NCBI GenBank assembly: GCA_045543955.1
Contig: JAZPYB010000011.1
Location: 373-64,372, forward strand
Origin: Eubacteriales bacterium
GTDB taxonomy: Bacteria > Bacillota > Clostridia > Oscillospirales > CAG-272
DNA length: 64,000 nt
Direction of reading: 5' to 3'
This document shows positions 21,658-30,531 of this stretch, piece after piece (positions within the stretch are counted from its first letter, which is position 1; the number at the start of each line of letters is the position of its first letter). The notes under the pieces are model-generated. The model did no database searches and was not told the DNA's origin. It saw only the letters and a list, made by a program, of their open reading frames with translations. The position numbers and the translations under genes are program-made.

Positions 21658-23175
21658 ATGTTTAAAATCTTCAAAGAAGGCAACAAAGCTTGGAAAAACG
21701 CCTTGTATGCACTTATTGTCGGTGTTGTTTTAGTTCTTTTAGTTTTTGCACTTCTTAATATCTCTTCAATTTCTTCATACATCAATGGAATTGTTGGGGC
21801 TATGGCTGCTTTTATTTATGGTTTTGCCCTAGCTTTTGTATGCAATCCTATTTGCAAAATATTCCATAAATATATCTTTAAGTTTGTAGAAAAGAAAAAA
21901 TCACATCCTGAATTGCGCAAGCTTCTTTCTATTTTTGCAACATATGCACTTTTTGCTATTATAATTGCGGTTGCGCTATTCGTTATTTTGCCAGATGTTA
22001 TTGATAACTTTGGTGACCTGTCTCAAAACATCAAAGACTATGTAGAAGACCTAATCAACTTTTCAGCTGATTTTCTTGAAAATATTGGAATTACCACTCC
22101 TCACGAAACAATAAATGGTCTTCTTTCCAAGTTGCTTGGAACTGAAGTTGCTAATGGCACGGGAGAACCATTTTTCCAAGAACAAAACCTATTGCTTTTA
22201 AACAAAGCATTCGAAGTATTAATCGCTTATCTTGCAGGTATGATAGGTAGCATTGTTACACACACAATGAATATACTTATTGGATTTATTCTTTCAATTT
22301 ACTTCCTCTTATACAAGGACTCTATTCTTGTAAGGCTAAAACGTCTTCTCTGCGCTTTATTCCCAGAGGTTGTTTACAAAAGAGTTGTACATTTTGGAAA
22401 ATACACCAATAACACTATAGGAAGATATTTAACCGGTACTCTTTGTGATGCTGTACTTGTTGGTTGTGTAATAACTTTGATACTAACAATTTTTGGATTT
22501 GATTATGCAGCACTAATTGGTATGATTTGTGGCATTACAAATGTAATTCCTTTCTTTGGTCCTTTCCTTGGCGCTATCCCATCAGGAATACTCATTTTCT
22601 TGCAAACTGAAGGCGATACCTCAGAAAAGTTTTGGAGTGTCGTTGGATTTGCTGTAATTATCCTAGTAGTTCAGCAAATTGATGGTAATATCATTGCTCC
22701 TCACATTTTAGGCGAATCCACGGGTCTTACACCTATTGGAATCATAGCCGCTGTTACTTTAAGCTCGCATTTGTTTGGATTTATTGGTATGCTTATTGGT
22801 GTTCCTCTATTTGCTGTAATTACCTACTTGTTCTCTTGCTTAATTGAATGGAGACTTAAAAAGAAAAACTTGCCAACGCAGGTCGAATGTTACGAGCTTG
22901 GGGTCGATATGTATCATGGAGACTTTTCCAACCTGTATGATGAAAACAATCTAACGCAAGAAATTGATGTTAGAAAGCTTGATAGACTTCGCTTAAAGAA
23001 CAAAAAGAACGCTGAGCAACCAAAGACTAATGAAGTAAAAATTGAGCACCCAGTAGAAGTTAGCGTAGAAGAGCTTGAAGCAACTGCTTCTTCTGATAAC
23101 ATTGTCCCAGATATCGAAGATGATGATGACGAAATCATTCAAAAAATTGACGACAATGAAATGAACAATATTTAA
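21658..23175 (+). CDS. AI-2E (PerM/UPF0118) family transporter with an acidic C-terminal tail
   Basis: 505 aa, multi-TM. Family-like segment NVIPFFGPFLGAIP. About 100 aa of D/E-rich cytoplasmic tail. Confidence 0.75.
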   Translation: MFKIFKEGNKAWKNALYALIVGVVLVLLVFALLNISSISSYINGIVGAMAAFIYGFALAFVCNPICKIFHKYIFKFVEKKKSHPELRKLLSIFATYALFAIIIAVALFVILPDVIDNFGDLSQNIKDYVEDLINFSADFLENIGITTPHETINGLLSKLLGTEVANGTGEPFFQEQNLLLLNKAFEVLIAYLAGMIGSIVTHTMNILIGFILSIYFLLYKDSILVRLKRLLCALFPEVVYKRVVHFGKYTNNTIGRYLTGTLCDAVLVGCVITLILTIFGFDYAALIGMICGITNVIPFFGPFLGAIPSGILIFLQTEGDTSEKFWSVVGFAVIILVVQQIDGNIIAPHILGESTGLTPIGIIAAVTLSSHLFGFIGMLIGVPLFAVITYLFSCLIEWRLKKKNLPTQVECYELGVDMYHGDFSNLYDENNLTQEIDVRKLDRLRLKNKKNAEQPKTNEVKIEHPVEVSVEELEATASSDNIVPDIEDDDDEIIQKIDDNEMNNI

Positions 23176-23182
23176 TTAAATT

Positions 23183-23217
23183 AAAAGGTATGTTTTATGC
23201 ATACCTTTTCTTTTTTT
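23183..23217 (+). terminator. Intrinsic terminator after the AI-2E transporter gene
   Basis: AAAAGGTATG-7 nt-CATACCTTTT followed by a T-run. Confidence 0.8.
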
Positions 23218-23253
23218 GCTCATAATAATTCCAAATAATTACAAGGAGAAAAT

Positions 23254-24498
23254 ATGAACAAATATATTCAATCAATAAAAGCGCGCGAAATAATTGACTC
23301 AAGGGGTATGCCTACAGTTGAATCTACTGTTGTTTTATCAAATGGAAAAACAGGGGTGTCATCTGTCCCTTCCGGTGCTTCAACTGGCTCATATGAAGCT
23401 ATGGAGCTTCGAGACAATGATAAAAATAGATATTTTGGCAAGGGTGTATTAAATGCAGTTTCAAACGTAAATGATAAAATATCCAAAGAAATTGTTGGAC
23501 TTAATAGCAAGTGCCAAAGAGCTATTGATTCCCATATCATTGCTCTAGATGGAACAGAAAATAAAAAAAATCTCGGTGCAAATGCTACCCTTTCAGTCTC
23601 ACTGGCAGCCGCAAAAGCCAATGCAAATGATTTATCAATGCCTCTCTATAGATACCTAGGTGGTATTTTTGCTTCCAAATTGCCAATCCCTATGATGAAC
23701 ATTTTAAATGGTGGTGCACACGCACAAAATAATTTAGATATACAAGAATTTATGATTGTTCCCGCAGGATTTAATTCTTTTAAAGAAGCCTTGCGTGCCG
23801 GTTGCGAAATATATAACGAATTGAAGAAAATTTTAGTAAAAAAGGGCTATTCAACAGGTGTTGGAGACGAGGGGGGATTTGCACCAAATTTAAAGGGTGA
23901 AGAGGAAGCCATTGAACTTATAATAGAAGCAATAAACAATTCAAGCTATGACACTTCCCTAGTTAAAATTGCTCTTGATATTGCCTCCAGCGAGTGGTAT
24001 GACGGCACATCATATACTCTACCTAAAGCAAATACCTCATACACTGCCGAAGAATTAATTGGCAAATGGGAGGCTTTGATTTCGAAATATCCAATTATAT
24101 CAATTGAAGACCCTTTAGCAGAAACAGATTATTCGGGCTGGAAAAAGATTACCGAGTCTCTTGGTGAAAAAGTTATGCTTGTTGGAGATGATTTGTTTGT
24201 AACAAATCAAAAAAGGCTAGAAAAAGGAATCGACGAAAAAATGGGTAACTCTATTCTAATAAAACCAAATCAAATTGGAACACTAACAGAAACGCTTGAT
24301 GTTATTGAGTTAGCAAAGGAAAATTCTTATTATACAATAATTTCACATCGTTCTGGAGAAACAGACGACACATATATAGCAGATATTGCAGTAGGAACAA
24401 ACGCTGGTTTTATAAAAACAGGTGCTCCTTGTAGAATGGAAAGAGTTGCAAAGTATAATCGACTACTTGAAATTGAAGATGAAATCTATAGGAGTTGA
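23254..24498 (+). CDS. eno: Enolase (phosphopyruvate hydratase)
   Basis: 414 aa. Motifs [24 protein letters not shown] and [17 protein letters not shown]. Confidence 0.95.
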   Translation: MNKYIQSIKAREIIDSRGMPTVESTVVLSNGKTGVSSVPSGASTGSYEAMELRDNDKNRYFGKGVLNAVSNVNDKISKEIVGLNSKCQRAIDSHIIALDGTENKKNLGANATLSVSLAAAKANANDLSMPLYRYLGGIFASKLPIPMMNILNGGAHAQNNLDIQEFMIVPAGFNSFKEALRAGCEIYNELKKILVKKGYSTGVGDEGGFAPNLKGEEEAIELIIEAINNSSYDTSLVKIALDIASSEWYDGTSYTLPKANTSYTAEELIGKWEALISKYPIISIEDPLAETDYSGWKKITESLGEKVMLVGDDLFVTNQKRLEKGIDEKMGNSILIKPNQIGTLTETLDVIELAKENSYYTIISHRSGETDDTYIADIAVGTNAGFIKTGAPCRMERVAKYNRLLEIEDEIYRS

Positions 24499-24499
24499 G

Positions 24500-24530
24500 T
24501 GGAGGGGAAACGCCCCTCCATTTAATTTTT
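24500..24530 (+). terminator. Intrinsic terminator after eno
   Basis: TGGAGGGG-aaacg-CCCCTCCA followed by TTTAATTTTT. Confidence 0.8.
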
Positions 24531-24592
24531 AATCTAATAATACTTTTTAGTTTTGTAAATATTATTCTTAATAAATAGTTTGAATTTCTCTA

Positions 24593-24622
24593 TTGACTTT
24601 TAGCATATATATATGTTATACT
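24593..24622 (+). promoter_or_regulatory. Sigma-A promoter for the SRP RNA
   Basis: TTGACT-18 nt-TATACT, with TGt immediately upstream of the -10. Confidence 0.55.
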
Positions 24623-24659
24623 ACTACTGTTATAAATATATAAACAAGTTGTGATATAA

Positions 24660-24935
24660 GGTCATACTATCCGGGGCGGTAGCGGTGCCCTCTTCCTGAA
24701 ATCCGCTATATGCAGGGGAGAATTCCCATTTTGAGGGCTATTCTTGTGTGGTCAGCACTTATAGCAGAAGCGTTGACAGATGAGTCTTGCGCAATTGTCG
24801 GCTGTGAACCGTGTCAGATGGGGGACCAAGCAGCACTAAGCGGTTGTGATGATGTGCCGCGAGAGTGCTTGTCTCGAGCCTATGCTATATGATAGCGCGC
24901 GTAAGGGTATTTCGATTTATGGGGTATGATCTTAT
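24660..24935 (+). ncRNA. ffs: Signal recognition particle RNA, long Bacillus type (scRNA); ends are approximate
   Basis: GC-rich island in an AT-rich genome. Domain IV motif GUCAGAUGGGGGACCAAGCAGC matches the pattern GUCAG..GNRA..AAGCAGC. Lies directly upstream of dnaX-ybaB-recR, as in Bacillus subtilis. Confidence 0.85.
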
Positions 24936-24983
24936 ATGACAACTTGTTTTTTAGTAAGTTAACTAACATATAAGGAGGAAAAT

Positions 24984-26561
24984 ATGCATCAGGCTCTATA
25001 TAGAAAATATCGTCCATCTATATTTGGCGATGTTCATGGTCAAGACCACATTACTTCAATTTTAAGATATGAAGCTTTAAATGGCTCTGTTTCACACGCA
25101 TATCTTTTCTCCGGTTCTCGTGGAACGGGAAAAACAACATGTGCAAAAATCCTTGCAAAGAGTGTTAACTGCCTTAATCTAAAGGATGGAAATCCTTGTA
25201 ATGAATGCGAAAATTGTCGTGCTATTGACGAAGGTACAACTACTGACGTTTTAGAAATCGACGCAGCCACAAATACAGGGGTTGATTACATCAGAGAATT
25301 ACGCGAAAATGTTATGTACACTCCTGCTATCTTAAAAAAGCGTGTTTACATAATCGACGAGGCGCACATGCTATCAGACAGTGCTTTCAATGCTCTTTTA
25401 AAAACAATTGAAGAGCCTCCAGAGCATGTTTTATTCATCTTTGCTACTACTGAACAGCATAAAATTCCCGCAACTATTATTTCTCGTTGTCAGCGATTTG
25501 AGTTTAGAAGAATCTCTATAAGCTCGTTAGTTGACAGACTTATGTATATTGCTAAATGCGAAAATATAAATCTTGCAAAAGAAGCTGCTGCTGTTATTGC
25601 AAAAACTGCACAAGGTGGTATGCGTGATGCTATTAGCCTAATGGAGCTGTGTGCAAGGGCTGATGAAAATGTTACTGCTGATACAGTTAATAGAATCCTC
25701 GGTACAAGCTCATATGAAAAAATGTGCACGGTTGTAAAAAGCATAGCGGACAAAAACTATTCTGTCCTTTTTGATATAATCAATGAGGTTATTGCTTCAT
25801 CCAAAGACATTTTAGTATTCTTTGCAGATTTAACTTCGTTTTATAGAGATATGATGGTTGTAAAATCATCCTCTAGTCAAGCATATCTTGAATTACTTGA
25901 TAGTGAGGCTGAGATGGTAAAAGCAGCTTGTGCTAATTTTAATATAGCAACTCTGCTCTATCACATTTCTCTACTTGATGATGCGTATTTAAATATGCAA
26001 AAGAATCCTACAACTAAGCGCTTATGCGCAGAAATAACACTAATGAAAATGTGTGACCCTAGGCTTTCCGAATCAAACGAAGCGCTTCTTTCAAGAATAG
26101 CTTCACTTGAAGATAAAATCACGCTACTTTCAAAGGGAGTTAAGCTTGATGATAATCAAGAAAAGCCATCAAATGTACTAAAAACCGCAGACACAAATAA
26201 ATCAACTCTTGAAAATGATTCTATTGAATCAATAATTCCTGTAGTTGAAGCAAAGAAGCCAACAGATGCAAAACAATTGACAGAGATTCAATCGTGGAAT
26301 GAGGTTTCAACTAAGGTTGCTGAAAACGACCAAAGTATTTTCGGATTTGTTAATAAATCAAGATGCTTTTATAAAGATGGAAAGTATTTTCTTGTTTGTG
26401 AAAATGAATTTTCAAAAAATCTTTTGAATAGCGAAAAAAACAAAGCTTTAATTTTTAATGCAATGATGCTGTGCGAAATTGATATTTCTTCAATTTCACA
26501 GCTTGAAATTGTAACAAATAAAAAAACAACGACCCCAAAAAATGGTCTAGAAGAATTTTAA
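24984..26561 (+). CDS. dnaX: DNA polymerase III subunit gamma/tau
   Basis: 525 aa. Walker A GSRGTGKTT, zinc module CNECENC, Walker B IIDEAHML, SRC motif ISRCQRF. Confidence 0.95.
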   Translation: MHQALYRKYRPSIFGDVHGQDHITSILRYEALNGSVSHAYLFSGSRGTGKTTCAKILAKSVNCLNLKDGNPCNECENCRAIDEGTTTDVLEIDAATNTGVDYIRELRENVMYTPAILKKRVYIIDEAHMLSDSAFNALLKTIEEPPEHVLFIFATTEQHKIPATIISRCQRFEFRRISISSLVDRLMYIAKCENINLAKEAAAVIAKTAQGGMRDAISLMELCARADENVTADTVNRILGTSSYEKMCTVVKSIADKNYSVLFDIINEVIASSKDILVFFADLTSFYRDMMVVKSSSSQAYLELLDSEAEMVKAACANFNIATLLYHISLLDDAYLNMQKNPTTKRLCAEITLMKMCDPRLSESNEALLSRIASLEDKITLLSKGVKLDDNQEKPSNVLKTADTNKSTLENDSIESIIPVVEAKKPTDAKQLTEIQSWNEVSTKVAENDQSIFGFVNKSRCFYKDGKYFLVCENEFSKNLLNSEKNKALIFNAMMLCEIDISSISQLEIVTNKKTTTPKNGLEEF

Positions 26562-26571
26562 GAGGTAAATT

Positions 26572-26904
26572 ATGAGAGCTAATGTTCCAAAGGGCCCAAG
26601 CATGAATGAAATGCTTCGCCAAGCACAAAAAATGCAACAAGATATGCAAGATAAGCAGGCTGAGCTTGACCAAAAGCAATACGACATCAGTGCTGGTGGC
26701 GGAGTTGTCAAGGTAAAAATCACAGGTAAGAAGGAAATTCTAAACATCGACATTTCCCCTGAAATCGTTGATCCTGACGATATTGAAACACTACAAGATA
26801 TTATTGTTGCGGCAGTAAATGAAGCTATTAAGAAGGTAGATTCCACAAACGAAGCAGAGCTGGCTAAAATTACCGGCGGTATGGGAATGCCTGGTATGTT
26901 TTAA
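26572..26904 (+). CDS. ybaB: YbaB/EbfC family nucleoid-associated protein
   Basis: 110 aa. Position between dnaX and recR. Motif GGGVVKVKITGKKEILNIDISPE. Confidence 0.9.
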   Translation: MRANVPKGPSMNEMLRQAQKMQQDMQDKQAELDQKQYDISAGGGVVKVKITGKKEILNIDISPEIVDPDDIETLQDIIVAAVNEAIKKVDSTNEAELAKITGGMGMPGMF

Positions 26905-27503
26905 TGGAGACATTAGTTAAACCATTACAAACGCTTATTGAAAAGTTTCGTTCTCTTGATGGTGTTGGCAAGAAAAGCGCTATGAGAATGGCTTTTTCTG
27001 TGCTTGATATGGATAATTCCGAGGTGTATGATTTTGCACAAGCAATTTTAGACGCAAAAACTCAAATAGGGCTATGCTCTGTTTGTCAAAACCTTTCAAG
27101 CGAGGAAATTTGCCCAATTTGTGATAGCGCAACACGCGACCACTCCGTTGTTTGCGTAGTTGAAGATTACCAAGCTGTATTAGCATTTGAAAAGGTCAAG
27201 GAATTCAAAGGTGTTTACCACGTTTTACATGGCACCATTTCTCCAATGAAGTCAATTGGACCTGACAAATTAAAAATCAAAGAGCTACTAAACAGAATAA
27301 ATAGCGAAGAAATAAAAGAAGTTATCGTTGCCACAAACTATACTGTCGAGGGAGAGGCAACTGCTATGTACCTTTCAAAAATCCTAAAGCCACTTGATAT
27401 CAAGGTCACTAGATTAGCAAACGGCTTGCCTGTTGGTTCCGATCTTGAATATGCAGATGAGGTTACGCTTTATCGCGCACTTCTTGGCAGAAGGGATATT
27501 TAA
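26904..27503 (+). CDS. recR: Recombination protein RecR
   Basis: 199 aa. C4 zinc finger CSVCQNLSSEEICPIC followed by a Toprim domain. Confidence 0.95.
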   Translation: METLVKPLQTLIEKFRSLDGVGKKSAMRMAFSVLDMDNSEVYDFAQAILDAKTQIGLCSVCQNLSSEEICPICDSATRDHSVVCVVEDYQAVLAFEKVKEFKGVYHVLHGTISPMKSIGPDKLKIKELLNRINSEEIKEVIVATNYTVEGEATAMYLSKILKPLDIKVTRLANGLPVGSDLEYADEVTLYRALLGRRDI

Positions 27504-28618
27504 TGGATTATTTGTTTTTTGACATTGAATGCTCTAACTGCTTTGGTGGACGTGGAAAAATTTGCTCGTTTGGTTATGTTATAACTGATGAAAGCTTTAA
27601 CATCAAACAAAAGAATGATATTTTAATAAATCCACACTCAAAGTTCCATCTGCACGGGCATGGGAACCATCCCGGTATTGTTTTAGGATACGAAGAAGAA
27701 GAATTCTTCTCTTCCCCCGATTTTAAGTTTTATTATCCAACTATTAGTGAACTTTTGACGCGTGAAAACACACTGAAATTTGGATTTTCTGTTCTTTCAG
27801 ATGCTAACTTTATCAAAAGTGAATGTGAAAGATTTTCAAAAAACATCTTTGACTATGATTTCATTGATGTTCAGCGTATCTATACTGACCACAAAGAGCT
27901 TGAAAACACACCAGCCCTTATAAAATGCGCGACAGAATATGGCGTTACCGAAAATCAAGATATACATAAAAGTGATGATGATGCGTATTTTACAATGCGT
28001 GTTCTTAAGGGCTTGTGCCAAGAAACCGGACTTTCAGCTTCAGAGCTAATTGAGAAATACCCGCTTTGCAAATGCTGGTGCAAAAACAAGGAGCTAGGCT
28101 CAGAGTTTTTAAAATACAAAGAATTGCAGAAAGCGAATAAGCTTTCAAAAATGGAAAAGCTAACCGGTAGCCCTCGTTCAAACTGGATACATTCATCTGA
28201 ACAGAACGCAATAGACTTTTCCAGCTATATTAAGCGAGTTTTTATTAATCGAAAGGAACACACCTACCTATCTGGCAAAAAAGTTTGTATAAGCTCTCTG
28301 TTTGAGGAATATCATTTCAACGAAATGATGAATATAGTATCTCTACTTGCTATGCACGGTGCAAAATATACTCGTCATGCATTTGGTGCTGATATTTTTG
28401 TTTCATATGAAATAATCGGTAAAAATGGTGAACCATATCGCTGCTATCGAAAAGAACGTGCTATTGATGCTCTAGCGCACGGCAAAGATATAGAATTTAT
28501 GGAGCTTGAAACACTTCTATTGCTTTTGCAAACCGATATAGAAGCAATTAGTGTTCTTGATAAAGAAAAGCTTGCTCCTTTAAAAAACAAGTTTTTCTCA
28601 AAGCTTGTAAAAGAATAA
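27503..28618 (+). CDS. DEDDh-type 3'-5' exonuclease domain protein with a C-terminal BRCT-like domain
   Basis: 371 aa. Exo motifs FFDIE, FSVLSDANF and HKSDDDAYFTMRVL. C-terminal segment LSGKKVCISS...GAKYT...DIFVS resembles a BRCT domain. The ATG overlaps the recR stop (TAATG). Confidence 0.6.
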   Translation: MDYLFFDIECSNCFGGRGKICSFGYVITDESFNIKQKNDILINPHSKFHLHGHGNHPGIVLGYEEEEFFSSPDFKFYYPTISELLTRENTLKFGFSVLSDANFIKSECERFSKNIFDYDFIDVQRIYTDHKELENTPALIKCATEYGVTENQDIHKSDDDAYFTMRVLKGLCQETGLSASELIEKYPLCKCWCKNKELGSEFLKYKELQKANKLSKMEKLTGSPRSNWIHSSEQNAIDFSSYIKRVFINRKEHTYLSGKKVCISSLFEEYHFNEMMNIVSLLAMHGAKYTRHAFGADIFVSYEIIGKNGEPYRCYRKERAIDALAHGKDIEFMELETLLLLLQTDIEAISVLDKEKLAPLKNKFFSKLVKE

Positions 28619-28624
28619 TAAAAT

Positions 28625-28694
28625 AGACACTCCCCTATATTACCATTTGGGTAGCTCGGTTAAGTCGAGTTTGGATGTTGGGAGTGTCTTTTTT
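28625..28694 (+). terminator. Terminator-like hairpin with an unusually large (about 45 nt) loop after the exonuclease gene
   Basis: AGACACTCCC ... GGGAGTGTCT followed by T6. A small inner hairpin GCTCG-gttaagt-CGAGT sits in the loop. Confidence 0.55.
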
Positions 28695-28697
28695 AAA

Positions 28698-28716
28698 TGT
28701 AACATTAAATGTTACA
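28698..28716. promoter_or_regulatory. Perfect palindrome and candidate operator upstream of the membrane-anchored XRE regulator gene
   Basis: TGTAACAT-taa-ATGTTACA, 30 nt upstream of the predicted -35. Confidence 0.4.
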
Positions 28717-28745
28717 AAAAAATGCTAAATTCCCATTTGGTTTGC

Positions 28746-28773
28746 TTGATTTTTAGCGCTTTTATGGTATAAT
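28746..28773 (+). promoter_or_regulatory. Sigma-A promoter (extended -10) for the XRE-TM gene
   Basis: TTGATT-16 nt-TATAAT, with TGg immediately upstream of the -10. Confidence 0.6.
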
Positions 28774-28799
28774 TTAATTGTAAGAAAGGAGATTTAGAA

Positions 28800-29810
28800 A
28801 TGGGCTTTGGAGAAAATATATCTTTTTTTAGAAAAGAATCTAAAATAACACAAGAGGAGCTTGCTGAAAAGCTTAATGTATCGAGACAAACAGTATCTAG
28901 ATGGGAAAATGACTCTGCATTGCCTGATGTTGAAACACTTATTAAGCTTTGTGAGCTTTTTGATTGCGATATGGACACCTTGGTGCGTAAAAGCGCTGAG
29001 GATTGCCTCAAAAATCAAAAACTAGAAAATGAAGCACAAAACAAGCCTCAAATAATGTTAAATGGCGAATCTATACAAGAAGAAACTAATATAGAAGTTC
29101 ACGAAATACCAGCTGTCTATGACAAGCATATGAACAAATTTACGCTTTTAATTAGCTTGGGCGTAACACTTATACTAATTGGTCTTTCAGTAATGTTTTT
29201 TGTAAATTCCTTTACTTCATTTGAGGTATTGCCTGTTATATGCTTACTTTTATTTATTGCTGTTGCAGTTTCGCTATTTATTATTGGTGGTCTCTCTCAC
29301 GATGCCTTTAAAAAAGATCATCCAACCGTTGCACCATACCCTAAAAATGAAGTAACTAAGAGAAATAAATATTTTGCTATTGCTATTGCCATTGCTACTT
29401 CGTTGATTCTAGTTGACGTATGTATGATAATTTTCTGCTTGCATGACGAAAACCGATTCCCTTCTACTTTTAGCAGCTATGATGCATGGTCAAGCTTTGT
29501 AATGGGATTATTCTTCATTTTCCTTTCTGCTTCAGTATTTACTTATGTTTATTCAGGGCTTATGAAGGCCAAGCTTGAAGTGGAAAAATATAATAACGAG
29601 GATTCAAACGAAAAGAAGCATATTACAACACCACAGAATAAAGTAGTTGAAGCTGTAAAATCAGTAATAATGATGATTGCAACTGTTGTTTTCCTAGTTT
29701 TAGGATTCACGCTCGGCATTTGGCATCCAGCGTGGATATGTTTCCCTATTGGTGGAATTTTATGTGGTATTATATCTATCATATTTGAAGCAGTTCATAA
29801 GAATAAATAA
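28800..29810 (+). CDS. XRE-family helix-turn-helix regulator fused to a multi-pass membrane domain
   Basis: 336 aa. N-terminal HTH ITQEELAEKLNVSRQTVSRWEND, followed by about 6 hydrophobic helices. Confidence 0.8.
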   Translation: MGFGENISFFRKESKITQEELAEKLNVSRQTVSRWENDSALPDVETLIKLCELFDCDMDTLVRKSAEDCLKNQKLENEAQNKPQIMLNGESIQEETNIEVHEIPAVYDKHMNKFTLLISLGVTLILIGLSVMFFVNSFTSFEVLPVICLLLFIAVAVSLFIIGGLSHDAFKKDHPTVAPYPKNEVTKRNKYFAIAIAIATSLILVDVCMIIFCLHDENRFPSTFSSYDAWSSFVMGLFFIFLSASVFTYVYSGLMKAKLEVEKYNNEDSNEKKHITTPQNKVVEAVKSVIMMIATVVFLVLGFTLGIWHPAWICFPIGGILCGIISIIFEAVHKNK

Positions 29811-29813
29811 AGG

Positions 29814-29843
29814 AAAAAGCACCTCTGTTGAGGTGCTTTTTTT
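29814..29843. terminator. Bidirectional terminator between convergent genes
   Basis: A5-GCACCTC-tgtt-GAGGTGC-T7. Confidence 0.85.
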
Positions 29844-30531
29844 ATTTGAATTCTTTTAAATTTTCTGTTAAAAAAGCTTGACGCATAATTTGGTAATATT
29901 CCTCAGTGCCATCACTATCCATTATAGAAAGATATTTTTTTATTGCTGAAACTATGAGTTCTGGATTTAAATTTTTTTCATTATCAGCAGCTAAAATAGC
30001 ATCTATAGACAAAGAATTCTGTCCACTATTCACCGTGATTTCCTTAATATAATCACAAATATTGATATCCTTTATACCACTTTTGGTCTTTTTTTCAACA
30101 AAACATTCACAACTGAATAGCTTTGATATTTCTTCTCCTGTATTGTCAGTAATTTTAAGCGAAAACAAATCAATTCTATATTTTGCATAAGAAATGTTTT
30201 TGAATTTTGACTCGGGTTGATAAACTGACAACACCTTCATATCCACTGGAAAATTATCCTTTACGCGCTCCATAATTTCTTCGCTTGGCATATAGGAATT
30301 GAGCTTAATATCCATAAGCTCACATTGACTTTCCACACCAGTTGGTAATGGCAAAGCAAAAACCATCTTTGGTTGTGGATTGAAGCCCTCGCTATACCAA
30401 ATATCAAGTCCTGAACGCAAAATTATTCTTTGCATTGTACGAGCAAGGTCAAGATGTGAGATATACATTAAATCTCCTGTCTTAGAAAATTTAATTCGTA
30501 TAGGTGTTATTTGCTTTTCTTCGGACACCAT
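29842..30531 (-). CDS. Radical-SAM-associated protein, DUF2344 / TIGR03936-like
   Basis: 229 aa. N-terminus IRIKFSKTGDLMYISHLDLARTMQRI. Overlaps the preceding radical SAM gene by 25 nt. Confidence 0.6.
   Translation of the reverse strand: MVSEEKQITPIRIKFSKTGDLMYISHLDLARTMQRIILRSGLDIWYSEGFNPQPKMVFALPLPTGVESQCELMDIKLNSYMPSEEIMERVKDNFPVDMKVLSVYQPESKFKNISYAKYRIDLFSLKITDNTGEEISKLFSCECFVEKKTKSGIKDINICDYIKEITVNSGQNSLSIDAILAADNEKNLNPELIVSAIKKYLSIMDSDGTEEYYQIMRQAFLTENLKEFK

Noticed and set aside
24710-24892. 60-aa ORF in the ORF track
   Set aside because: It lies entirely inside the GC-rich SRP RNA and has no RBS. The open frame is a by-product of the structured RNA's composition.
25332-25340. In-frame A AAA AAG slippery heptamer in dnaX, plus A AAA AAC at 26435-26441
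   Set aside because: The first is at about codon 117, inside the AAA+ domain, so a -1 shift would destroy the protein. The second is about 40 codons from the natural stop. Neither has an obvious downstream stimulatory hairpin, so there is no support for tau/gamma-style frameshifting.
30507-30531. 25-nt overlap between the radical SAM and DUF2344-like genes, considered as a possible frameshifted fusion gene
   Set aside because: Both ORFs are complete with plausible ends, and my recollection is that these two families occur both as separate and as fused genes. There is no homopolymer run at the junction to suggest a sequencing or frameshift artefact.
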